Shown in pieces: positions 1 to 14,921 of a DNA stretch of 64,000 nt. The translations under genes were made by a program, and so were the position numbers. Where the stretch lies: NCBI GenBank assembly GCA_963665295.1, contig OY762209.1:2656001-2720000 (forward strand). Direction: 5' to 3'. Under the pieces are notes generated by a model, which ran no database searches, was not told the DNA's origin, and saw only the letters and a list, made by a program, of their open reading frames with translations. Each line of letters starts with the position of its first letter. Positions within the stretch are counted from its first letter, which is position 1. The stretch is from Syntrophorhabdaceae bacterium. GTDB taxonomy: Bacteria; Desulfobacterota; Syntrophorhabdia; Syntrophorhabdales; Syntrophorhabdaceae.

Positions 1-976
1 TATCGGACCGGTTACGAAATCCGTTGCCTTATACTTGCGGTACAGGATAGGTATGAGCTATCGAAAGGTAGAGGAAGTTATGAGGGAGATCTTCGGCCTT
101 GCCTTTGTCCCTGCTTCGGCAGTGGGGTTTGACAGGGCTGCGGCGAAAAGGGGGACACCTCTTTATGAAGACCTCCGGGAGAAGATACGCGCCTCGGAAA
201 TAGTTCATGCCGATGAGACATCATGGAGGAACGACGGGACCGGTCATTACGCGTGGTATGCGGGAAACGCCGATCTTGCCCTCTTCCATATCGACCGGCA
301 CCGCTCGACAGACGTGGCTCAACATCTTCTCGGGGACAACTTCGACGGGGTGCTCATCACCGACCGCTATGCCGCGTATAACGGAGTTCATGCGAGAGAA
401 AGGCAGACATGCCTTGCCCACCTTATCACCAGGGCCAGGGAGTTGACCCGGGAGCTCGTCCTCATGGAGACAAGAGATACAAAAGCGGAGGCGTTCTGTG
501 ATGCGGTCGGGAGGCTCTTCTCGGATGCCTGCGCCGCGGGCGGGGATCTTCTTAAGGGAAAGAGAGAGTGGGGAGATGCTCCCCGCATCGAGAAGCAATT
601 GAGAGCAACCCTCGGGAAGATATGTGCAAAGCCCCTCAAGTATAAGCCGGCGGAAGGGCTCCGTACCTTCCTTACCGGCAAAGACCGGAAGTTTCTCTTC
701 ACGTTCCTTCGCTATCCGGGAGTACCACCTACCAACAACCAGGCAGAACAGTCGATCCGCTTCCTGGTGATCATGAGGAAGCTCATGTTCGGTACGCGGT
801 CGGCAACGGGACTGAAGACCCACAGTATCCTGCCGAGTCTCATCATTACTTCCATGAGGCAAGGGAACGATCCACGGAAGTTCCTGGAGACGCTTCTGGT
901 GTCGGATACCATGACGGCACAGGCGGCACTGTATCGCAATGGGGCGAGGGCTCCGTGAGGGGGACTAAACTGTTAC
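1..976 (+). mobile_element. IS66-family element, copy 1 (left part outside window)
   Basis: Near-identical to 1949-2924; ends in the terminal repeat GGGGGACTAAACTGTTAC (959-976). Confidence 0.9.
2..958 (+). CDS. IS66 DDE transposase (5'-partial)
   Basis: Motifs HADET, ITDRYAAY, QTCLAH, TNNQAEQSIR. Confidence 0.9.
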   Translation: MGPVTKSVALYLRYRIGMSYRKVEEVMREIFGLAFVPASAVGFDRAAAKRGTPLYEDLREKIRASEIVHADETSWRNDGTGHYAWYAGNADLALFHIDRHRSTDVAQHLLGDNFDGVLITDRYAAYNGVHARERQTCLAHLITRARELTRELVLMETRDTKAEAFCDAVGRLFSDACAAGGDLLKGKREWGDAPRIEKQLRATLGKICAKPLKYKPAEGLRTFLTGKDRKFLFTFLRYPGVPPTNNQAEQSIRFLVIMRKLMFGTRSATGLKTHSILPSLIITSMRQGNDPRKFLETLLVSDTMTAQAALYRNGARAP

Positions 977-1110
977 TTACGGTCGTAACAGTTTAGTCCT
1001 CTCGGAACTTTTTCCAGCAAAATATTATGTCTAATTTGCACAACACCTTTGATTCCCTTGTTCCATGATGGTATTATAATAGAAGTACTACTACTCATGT
1101 GGAGGGTTCA

Positions 1111-1389
1111 ATGGAACAAATCGATCTTCTTAAAAGGCAGCGGGAGAGACTTAAGGAGGACATTGTCGCACAGCTGGATTTCTTCCTTATCGGGACGGTG
1201 GCCAAGTCCCCTTCCATGACGGGCCACTCCCTTACCACAAAAGTGAAGGGGAAGACCGTAACCGTGTATGTGAGAAAACAGATTGCCGAGAAGGCGAAGG
1301 AGATGACGAAGCGGTACAAGATGATGTGGCTTCTCATACAGAAGCTTTCTAAGATCAACTGGGAGATACTGAAACAGGAGAGCGAGTGA
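1111..1389 (+). CDS. Small basic accessory ORF of the IS (DUF6788-like)
   Basis: GGAGG RBS; stop overlaps the transposase GTG; ...TTKVKGKTVTVYV pattern. Confidence 0.6.
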   Translation: MEQIDLLKRQRERLKEDIVAQLDFFLIGTVAKSPSMTGHSLTTKVKGKTVTVYVRKQIAEKAKEMTKRYKMMWLLIQKLSKINWEILKQESE

Positions 1390-2906
1390 AGAGGGTCTAT
1401 CCTCCATACGGCTACGATTGTCTTTATAAGGACAATTGCCCCCATCTTAACTTTCTCTCCACCCTATGGGTCTTTGGAGAATATGAGCGGGCCCATGAGG
1501 TGTACGAAGAGCATCTTCGGATTATCGATGTGTTCCGGGACAGGCTGGATGACACCATGAAGCGTATCCGTCTTTTAGAGAAGGAGAACGAGGAACTGAA
1601 GGCGAAGAATACCGCATTGCATCGAAGACAGTTCAAGGCGAACAAAAAACCGGAGCATGCGGTCTCTTTGGCAGGGAGGAAGCGCGGCGCTCCGGTCGGA
1701 CACCCCGGGTGGTTCAGGCCCGAGCCTGCCCGCGTGGATGCGACGGTTCACGTGCCCGCTCCCGATCGATGCCCCCATTGCGGGTCAGGCCCTCTTGTCC
1801 CCGGGGAAGGGATCCGTGAGCATGTGCAGGAAGACATTGTCATAAGACCCCGCACGGTGGTGAGACGGTATGTGCATAAGGAAGCATACTGTAGCCGTTG
1901 CGGGCGTTCTGTGGTGAAGGCGGCTCCCGACGAACTTCCGAATGCTCCTATCGGACCGGTTACGAAATCCGTTGCCTTATACTTGCGGTACAGGATAGGT
2001 ATGAGCTATCGAAAGGTAGAGGAAGTTATGAGGGAGATCTTCGGCCTTGCCTTTGTCCCTGCTTCGGCAGTGGGGTTTGACAGGGCTGCGGCGAAAAGGG
2101 GGGCGCCTCTTTATGAAGACCTCCGGGAGAAGATACGCGCCTCGGAAATAGTTCATGCCGATGAGACATCATGGAGGAACGACGGGACCGGTCATTACGC
2201 GTGGTATGCGGGAAACGCCGATCTTGCCCTCTTCCATATCGACCGGCACCGCTCGACAGACGTGGCTCAACATCTTCTCGGGGACAACTTCGACGGGGTG
2301 CTCATCACCGACCGCTATGCCGCGTATAACGGAGTTCATGCGAGAGAAAGGCAGACATGCCTTGCCCACCTTATCACCAGGGCCAGGGAGTTGACCCGGG
2401 AGCTCGTCCTCATGGAGACAAGAGATACAAAAGCGGAGGCGTTCTGTGATGCGGTCGGGAGGCTCTTCTCGGATGCCTGCGCCGCGGGCGGGGATCTTCT
2501 TAAGGGAAAGAGAGAGTGGGGAGATGCTCCCCGCATCGAGAAGCAATTGAGAGCAACCCTCGGGAAGATATGTGCAAAGCCCCTCAAGTATAAGCCGGCG
2601 GAAGGGCTCCGTACCTTCCTTACCGGCAAAGACCGGAAGTTTCTCTTCACGTTCCTTCGCTATCCGGGAGTACCACCTACCAACAACCAGGCAGAACAGT
2701 CGATCCGCTTCCTGGTGATCATGAGGAAGCTCATGTTCGGTACGCGGTCGGCAACGGGACTGAAGACCCACAGTATCCTGCCGAGTCTCATCATTACTTC
2801 CATGAGGCAAGGGAACGATCCACGGAAGTTCCTGGAGACGCTCCTGGTGTCGGATACCATGACGGCACAGGCGGCACTGTATCGCAATGGGGCGAGGGCT
2901 CCGTGA
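1386..2906 (+). CDS. IS66 transposase (coiled coil, zinc finger, DDE)
   Basis: GAPVGHPG, CPHC...CSRC zinc finger, HADET, TNNQAEQ. Confidence 0.92.
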   Translation: MKRVYPPYGYDCLYKDNCPHLNFLSTLWVFGEYERAHEVYEEHLRIIDVFRDRLDDTMKRIRLLEKENEELKAKNTALHRRQFKANKKPEHAVSLAGRKRGAPVGHPGWFRPEPARVDATVHVPAPDRCPHCGSGPLVPGEGIREHVQEDIVIRPRTVVRRYVHKEAYCSRCGRSVVKAAPDELPNAPIGPVTKSVALYLRYRIGMSYRKVEEVMREIFGLAFVPASAVGFDRAAAKRGAPLYEDLREKIRASEIVHADETSWRNDGTGHYAWYAGNADLALFHIDRHRSTDVAQHLLGDNFDGVLITDRYAAYNGVHARERQTCLAHLITRARELTRELVLMETRDTKAEAFCDAVGRLFSDACAAGGDLLKGKREWGDAPRIEKQLRATLGKICAKPLKYKPAEGLRTFLTGKDRKFLFTFLRYPGVPPTNNQAEQSIRFLVIMRKLMFGTRSATGLKTHSILPSLIITSMRQGNDPRKFLETLLVSDTMTAQAALYRNGARAP

Positions 2907-2924
2907 GGGGGACTAAACTGTTAC

Positions 2925-3026
2925 GCCAGTGGAAGGTCATCCATTATACTTGCCCCGGACGGGATCATTATGCTTGATCCGTCTGTCCAACGGTGGGATT
3001 ATATCGAGCACTATAGGCAATATTGA
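2925..3026 (+). pseudogene. Truncated C-terminal tail of a paralogous RHS toxin
   Basis: Translates to ASGRSSIILAPDGIIMLDPSVQRWDYIEHYRQY*, which aligns with the end of 4050-10601 (VIYGKDGITVMDPNVKRWNWIVTFDYY*); has no start and begins at the first base after the IS end. Confidence 0.75.
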
Positions 3027-3049
3027 TTTCCACGAAACGAGGAGGAATT

Positions 3050-3502
3050 ATGAGACTGCTTGCGACAATTATTGTCCTTGGTATTCTCTTGCCGGGAGTA
3101 CAAATTTACGCAAAGGACACGACAGAAGGGAAGCCATCCTCTGCGATCGGTCCTATTCGGCAGGTATCAATAATCCGACTTATTGCGGCGCCAGAGCAAT
3201 ATGATAAGAGTGTGGTGCGTGTACTGGGGTTCTTTCATCTGGAATTCGAGGGAAGTGCGCTATATTTGCACAGAGAAGATTACGAGAATATGCTATCGAA
3301 TAACTCCGTCCCGCTGGACATTCCAAGAAACCAGGGGTTTGAGCAATACGAGGGGCGGTACGTTATGATTCAGGGTGTATTCAAGAGATGTGATGACACC
3401 AAGAACAACTGTATGTTCAGCGGGATGTTAACACAGATAGAACGCATAGTGATATGGCCGAAAAGACCGAGTACAACGAGTCGGGGGACATTGGGGGACT
3501 AA
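3050..3502 (+). CDS. Exported protein; orphan paralog of the putative immunity/partner protein
   Basis: AGGAGG RBS and signal-peptide-like N-terminus; shares VSIIRLIAxPExY...GFxxLEFEGxxLYLHREDYE...GVFxRCD...CxFSG with 3594-4031. Confidence 0.8.
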   Translation: MRLLATIIVLGILLPGVQIYAKDTTEGKPSSAIGPIRQVSIIRLIAAPEQYDKSVVRVLGFFHLEFEGSALYLHREDYENMLSNNSVPLDIPRNQGFEQYEGRYVMIQGVFKRCDDTKNNCMFSGMLTQIERIVIWPKRPSTTSRGTLGD

Positions 3503-3510
3503 ACTGTTAC
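3493..3510 (+). repeat. Isolated IS66 right terminal repeat
   Basis: GGGGGACTAAACTGTTAC, identical to 959-976 and 2907-2924. Confidence 0.85.
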
Positions 3511-3591
3511 CCGACACGAAGACCGCACAGAGGGCTCTGTATCGCAATTCAAGTTGATGAGTTGGTCGGAGGTGGAGGACTAAACTGTTAC
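3511..3591 (+). mobile_element. 81-bp 3' remnant of a sister IS66
   Basis: Encodes DTKTAQRALYRNSS* versus DTMTAQAALYRNG in the intact transposase, then GGACTAAACTGTTAC. Confidence 0.8.
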
Positions 3592-3593
3592 CG

Positions 3594-4031
3594 TTATCTC
3601 CGCGGTTCGTCAAGTGATTTATTAGGCCTGAGAGGCCAAAAGTCTAGACGACTGTCTATATCACTTAGATGGCCGCTGAATACGCAGACGAGCTTTGTCT
3701 CGTCGCAACGGAAAAAAACACCGGAAAGAACGACATATTGACGATCATATTTCTTGAACGGCTTTCTTTGCGATTCCGACAACGAAAGATGGATGCCATT
3801 AGCGGTAAGACTTCTTTCATAGTCTTCCCTATGAAGATACAAGGTGTCACCTTCAAATTCCAACCTGAGAAACCCCCACACCACGACCCTCTTTCCATGA
3901 TATTTTTCGGGCGACGCAATGAGGCGAATTATAGAAACGTTGTACGCGATTTCGTCCGGTCTCTGATCGGCAGCGGCGCAATACCCCGCCGATACAATCA
4001 GTAGAATAGCGATAAGACAAACGGACCTCAT
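3594..4031 (-). CDS. Exported protein directly downstream of the RHS gene; putative cognate immunity/partner
   Basis: AAGGAGGA RBS; starts 18 bp after the RHS stop; signal peptide; paralog of 3050-3502. Confidence 0.8.
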   Translation of the reverse strand: MRSVCLIAILLIVSAGYCAAADQRPDEIAYNVSIIRLIASPEKYHGKRVVVWGFLRLEFEGDTLYLHREDYERSLTANGIHLSLSESQRKPFKKYDRQYVVLSGVFFRCDETKLVCVFSGHLSDIDSRLDFWPLRPNKSLDEPRR

Positions 4032-4049
4032 AAACAATCCTCCTTCGAC

Positions 4050-10601
<6,552 letters not shown>

Positions 10602-11149
10602 GGGGATATTCCTCCTGTGTCGGAATGGGTGACGCTCTATGTGCAAGGGTGCTTCCCCCCGGAAAGCAGAAAGCGGGAGACAAAACGATGTGGACCTCTC
10701 TCGTTCCGTCGCCGTGCTTATATCGCGTATATTCTACGATAGAAGATTTCGGGGGGGGGGTGTCAAGCTCTTTTGTGAATAATTGTACTTATTATGGTCG
10801 TACCGTAGATAAACGGGGAGTTTTACGGATAGGGAATGGATTTATCGACAAGCTCCCCACGGGGCAGGCGTTTCGCGGGGCGGGATGAAATGCGGGACGC
10901 GGCCGGCGCACTATCTTATGGGGAATGCCGATCTCTTTAACATCCTCCTCCCCGGGGTTTTCGTGCCGGTCGCCCTTTTCGCATGAGCGCGCGAGGTGAT
11001 GTGGTCACGCGCGTGAAGGCGGGTCGGGAGGAAATCGAAGTGTAAGCCGGGAAAGTCCATTGCAGTTTTGCAAAGCCTGTGTTATCAAAAGGTATGGGGT
11101 GCGATAGAAGAGGGGGGCCACATCACGACGCGGCCCGGTGGGGTGGCTC

Positions 11150-11827
11150 TTGAAGATCCTTATTGTGGAGGACGAAAAGAAACTGGCGGAATTCGTGCGC
11201 AAGGGACTTCAGGAAGAGGGCTATGTGGTGGATACGGTGGACAACGGAGAAGACGGCCTGAGGCTGGCCGGGGACGATGTCTATGATCTCGTGATCCTCG
11301 ATATCTACCTGCCGAAGCTCGACGGCCTCGAAGTGCTCCGGAGGCTGAGAGAAGACAAGGTGACGACCCCGGTCCTGCTGCTCACGGTGAGGGCCACCAT
11401 CGAGGATAAGGTCCTCGGGCTCAACCTGGGGGCGGACGACTATCTTACCAAGCCCTTTGCCTTCCAGGAGCTTCTTGCGAGGGTGAGGGCGCTCCTCAGG
11501 CGGCGGACCGAAAATCACGCGACCCGGATAGAGGTGCGGGACCTCGTTCTGGACCCTGTGCGGCGGACCGTGACGAGGGCGGGCAGGAAGATCGACCTCA
11601 CCATGAAGGAATTCTCTCTCCTCGAATACCTGATGCGCAACGCGGGGCGCGTTCTCACCAGAACCATGATTATCGACCATGTCTGGAATTATGATTTCGA
11701 CAGCGAGACGAACGTGGTCGATGTGTACGTGAACTACCTGAGGAGGAAAGTCGACTCGGGTCATGATACCAAGCTGATCCATACCATACGCGGCGTGGGG
11801 TATATGATGAACCCGGAGAGTCCATGA
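11150..11827 (+). CDS. OmpR-family response regulator (CusR-like)
   Basis: REC domain (VEDE, LDIYLP, GADDYLTKPF) plus winged helix (NVVDVYVNYLRRK...TIRGVGY); TTG start approximate. Confidence 0.9.
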   Translation: MKILIVEDEKKLAEFVRKGLQEEGYVVDTVDNGEDGLRLAGDDVYDLVILDIYLPKLDGLEVLRRLREDKVTTPVLLLTVRATIEDKVLGLNLGADDYLTKPFAFQELLARVRALLRRRTENHATRIEVRDLVLDPVRRTVTRAGRKIDLTMKEFSLLEYLMRNAGRVLTRTMIIDHVWNYDFDSETNVVDVYVNYLRRKVDSGHDTKLIHTIRGVGYMMNPESP

Positions 11828-13233
11828 AAATCCGGTCGATCAGGACCAGGATAACCCTCTGGTACACGAGCCTTCTGGCGATCACGTTCCTGATCCTCGG
11901 CGTGGCGGGTTTTACCGTGGTTGCCTATACCCTCTACGAGGAAACGGATTCCGCCCTGAAAAGTGTGGCCGTGGCCCTGGCCGAGAAGAGCAAGGGTGAG
12001 ACCGCCGGTCTGCCCCCTGAAGTGGGGGAGGTATTCCGGCGTTTCTTCGGTCCTCTTCCGGTGGAGCCTTATTTTGAATGGCGTGACCCTCAGGGGAATA
12101 TCCGAAAGGAGTTTCACGAGCCCGCGGGTATCCCCTTTACGCCTGAGGCAAAGCGGAGCGCCATGGAGGGTATTGCGACCTATGAGACCCTTTCGGGCGC
12201 GGACGCGTATCCCGTGAGGGTCCTCACATGGCCGGTCATAGATTCGGGCAGGGTTGTCTCCGTGGTCCGGGTGGGCATGTCCCGGATGAACCTTTACCGC
12301 TCGACCTACCGTTTTCTCCTGATAATGACGATCCTTTTACCTTTTGCCCTCGCCCTCGCGGGGGGCGGCGGGTGGTTCTTTGCGCGCCGTGCCCTGGCTC
12401 CTGTGGACAGGATGATCGAAACCGCCCATGAGATAGACGCGGGTCGCCTTCATGCCCGTTTAGAGCTGACCGGGGCGAGGGATGAACTGGACAGACTGGC
12501 CGACACCTTGAACGGCATGCTGGGCCGCCTCGACGCGGCCTTCAGGGAGATGCGCCAGTTCACCGCCGATGCGTCCCATGAACTGCAAACGCCTCTCACC
12601 ATCATCCGGGGCGAGATGGAAGTGGCCCTGAGGTCGAAGAGGAGTCCGGAAGAGTACGCGGACGTGCTCCGGAGCGCCCTCGAAGAGATAAAGCGCATAT
12701 CGGCCCTCGTGGAAGGGCTTCTCCTTCTTGCAAGGTCGGACGCGGGGGTTCTCAGGATGGACCGGACGCCTGTTGACATGGCCCAACTTGTGGAGGAGGT
12801 CCTGGGCCAGGCGACGCCCCTCGCCCGGACAAAAGGGGTGAACCTTAAATTGGGCCGGATAGAGCCCCTCGAAGTCCCGGGGGATCTTTCACACCTGAGA
12901 AGGCTCCTCCTTAACCTTGTGGATAACGCGATCAAGTACACCCCTTCCGAAGGCAGGGTAAAGGTGTCGGCGGAGTCGGGCGGCGGATGGGCCATATTTT
13001 CGGTGGAGGATACGGGCCCGGGCATCCCCGACGGAGAAGAAGACAAGATTTTTCAAAGGTTCTACCGTTCCCCCGAAGCCCGTTCGGGTGGACAGGGGGG
13101 CTCCGGTCTCGGACTCTCCATCGTCAAGTCCATAGTTGAGGCCCACCATGGAAAGATGGAGCTTGAAAGCTCGCCCGCCAAGGGGAGCATCTTCAGGGTA
13201 TTCCTGCCCATGGAGTCCGGGAAGCCGGATTAG
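11824..13233 (+). CDS. HAMP sensor histidine kinase
   Basis: Two TM segments, ASHELQTP, NLVDNAIKY, GSGLGLSI. Confidence 0.9.
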   Translation: MKIRSIRTRITLWYTSLLAITFLILGVAGFTVVAYTLYEETDSALKSVAVALAEKSKGETAGLPPEVGEVFRRFFGPLPVEPYFEWRDPQGNIRKEFHEPAGIPFTPEAKRSAMEGIATYETLSGADAYPVRVLTWPVIDSGRVVSVVRVGMSRMNLYRSTYRFLLIMTILLPFALALAGGGGWFFARRALAPVDRMIETAHEIDAGRLHARLELTGARDELDRLADTLNGMLGRLDAAFREMRQFTADASHELQTPLTIIRGEMEVALRSKRSPEEYADVLRSALEEIKRISALVEGLLLLARSDAGVLRMDRTPVDMAQLVEEVLGQATPLARTKGVNLKLGRIEPLEVPGDLSHLRRLLLNLVDNAIKYTPSEGRVKVSAESGGGWAIFSVEDTGPGIPDGEEDKIFQRFYRSPEARSGGQGGSGLGLSIVKSIVEAHHGKMELESSPAKGSIFRVFLPMESGKPD

Positions 13234-13238
13234 AAGAT

Positions 13239-13282
13239 TCTAATGTTCAACTAATCCCGTTTTAATGTTGCCTCTTTATACT
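13239..13282 (+). promoter_or_regulatory. Three TAAT direct repeats at 11-bp period plus -10 TATACT; candidate OmpR-type site upstream of degP
   Basis: TAAT at 13241, 13252 and 13263. Confidence 0.45.
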
Positions 13283-13355
13283 GTTCTTCAGGGGAAAGGG
13301 AACCGGGAGCGTTCCGGCGACCCATCCCCGGAAACCGATTAAAGGAGGTACTATT

Positions 13356-14828
13356 ATGATCAGCAAGGTGAGAACCTATTTAAAGACGGGGACGTTCCGT
13401 TACCCGGCCCTGGCCGCGACGGCCATGGTGTTTCTTTTTGCCGGTATGCTCCTGGCTTCGTCAGCCAGATTTACCGGCTCAACCCATGCGGGGACTCCCG
13501 TTCCGGTCGGCGTTCACGGCGCTCCCCCATCATTTGCGGACCTTGCGGAGGCACTTGGCCCCGCGGTAGTGAATATCAAGGTTACGAAGGTCCAGAAGAC
13601 GGGCTATTCCGACATGTCGCAGTTTTCGGAGGGCCCTTTCGGGGATATGTTCAAGCGTTTCTTCGGGGACGCGCCCCGCGGCCCTGAGACGTTCAAGACC
13701 CAGGGGGCAGGGTCGGGCGTGGTCATCGCCGCCGACGGGACCATCCTCACGAATTACCACGTGGTGGATGACGCGAAGGATATCGTGGTGACCATGAGCG
13801 ACAAGCGGGAGTTCAAGGCCCGCACCATAGGCAAGGACCCGAAGACCGACCTCGCGGTCCTGAAGGTCGACGGAAAGGGGTCGTTCAAGGCGGCGGCCCT
13901 CGGTAATTCGGACGTGTTACGGGTTGGAGACTGGGTCCTTGCCATAGGCAACCCCTTCGGGTTGAGCAACACGGTAACGTCCGGCATCGTGAGCGCCAAA
14001 GGAAGGATAATCGGTGCGGGTCCTTACGACGACTTCATCCAGACCGATGCCCCTATCAACCCGGGCAACTCCGGCGGTCCCCTTTTTAACATGAAGGGCG
14101 AAGTAGTGGGAATCAATACGGCAATCATCCCGAACGGCCAGGGCATCGGGTTCGCCATCCCTGTCAACACCGCAAAGGGCCTGCTTCCGGAGCTTGTGTC
14201 AAAGGGTGGGGTGACGAGAGGATACCTGGGGGTGAGCATCCAGAACATATCGGAGGACCTTGCGGCAACCCTTAACCTCAAGACCGTCAAGGGCGTACTG
14301 GTGAGCGATGTTGTCCAGGACGGACCCGCAGACAAGGGAGGCATCAAACAGGGAGATGTGATCCTCTCTTTCAACGGCAAGGACGTAAAGGAGAGCCACG
14401 AACTGTCGTCGGCGGTAGCGGCTACACCGGTGGACAAGGCGGCGCCTGTCCGAATCCTGAGAGATGGAAAAGAACTGACCATAACGGTAAAGACCGGGAA
14501 GCTTCCTTCCGAAGAACGGACGGCCGAGAACACGGGAGAGGAGACAAAAGGCAAATGGGGCATGCAGCTTCAGGAACTGAACCCCGACACGGCCCGGCGG
14601 ATGGGACTCAGAAACCGGCAGGGTATCGTGGTAGCCGGGGTTGAGCCCGGGAGTCCGGCGGACAACGCTTCCCTTCAGAAGGGGGATATAATCCTTGAAG
14701 TGAACCGCACGCAGGTGAAGGGTATTGAAGAAATGAAACGGGAGTTGAAGAAGCTGGACGGGAAAGGGCCGCTTCTCCTCCTCGTCGAGCGCGGGGGCAG
14801 CAACCTCTACGTCGCGCTCAAAGGCTAA
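13356..14828 (+). CDS. degP: DegP/DegQ (HtrA) serine protease
   Basis: TNYHVV, DLAVLK, INPGNSGGPL and two PDZ domains. Confidence 0.9.
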   Translation: MISKVRTYLKTGTFRYPALAATAMVFLFAGMLLASSARFTGSTHAGTPVPVGVHGAPPSFADLAEALGPAVVNIKVTKVQKTGYSDMSQFSEGPFGDMFKRFFGDAPRGPETFKTQGAGSGVVIAADGTILTNYHVVDDAKDIVVTMSDKREFKARTIGKDPKTDLAVLKVDGKGSFKAAALGNSDVLRVGDWVLAIGNPFGLSNTVTSGIVSAKGRIIGAGPYDDFIQTDAPINPGNSGGPLFNMKGEVVGINTAIIPNGQGIGFAIPVNTAKGLLPELVSKGGVTRGYLGVSIQNISEDLAATLNLKTVKGVLVSDVVQDGPADKGGIKQGDVILSFNGKDVKESHELSSAVAATPVDKAAPVRILRDGKELTITVKTGKLPSEERTAENTGEETKGKWGMQLQELNPDTARRMGLRNRQGIVVAGVEPGSPADNASLQKGDIILEVNRTQVKGIEEMKRELKKLDGKGPLLLLVERGGSNLYVALKG

Positions 14829-14856
14829 CGCCCATTCGGGCAAGGGATTCGCTTTC

Positions 14857-14898
14857 AAAAAAAGGGGCCGCCCGCCGGTATGACGGGCGGCCCCTTTT
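14857..14898. terminator. Bidirectional intrinsic terminator
   Basis: AAAAGGGGCCGCCCG...CGGGCGGCCCCTTTT between convergent genes. Confidence 0.85.
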
Positions 14899-14921
14899 AC
14901 GTTTCCCGATACCGTCGAAGT

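Larger units (their letters stand above)
985..2924 (+). mobile_element. IS66-family element, copy 2 (complete, 1940 bp, two ORFs)
   Basis: Left IR GTAACAGTTTAGTCC (985-999) and right IR GGACTAAACTGTTAC (2910-2924); GTAA...TTAC ends are typical of IS66. Confidence 0.9.

Noticed and set aside
959..3591. Repeated GGACTAAACTGTTAC as a CRISPR array
   Set aside because: Spacing is irregular (about 1950, 590 and 80 bp), the repeats are IS66 termini, and no cas genes are present
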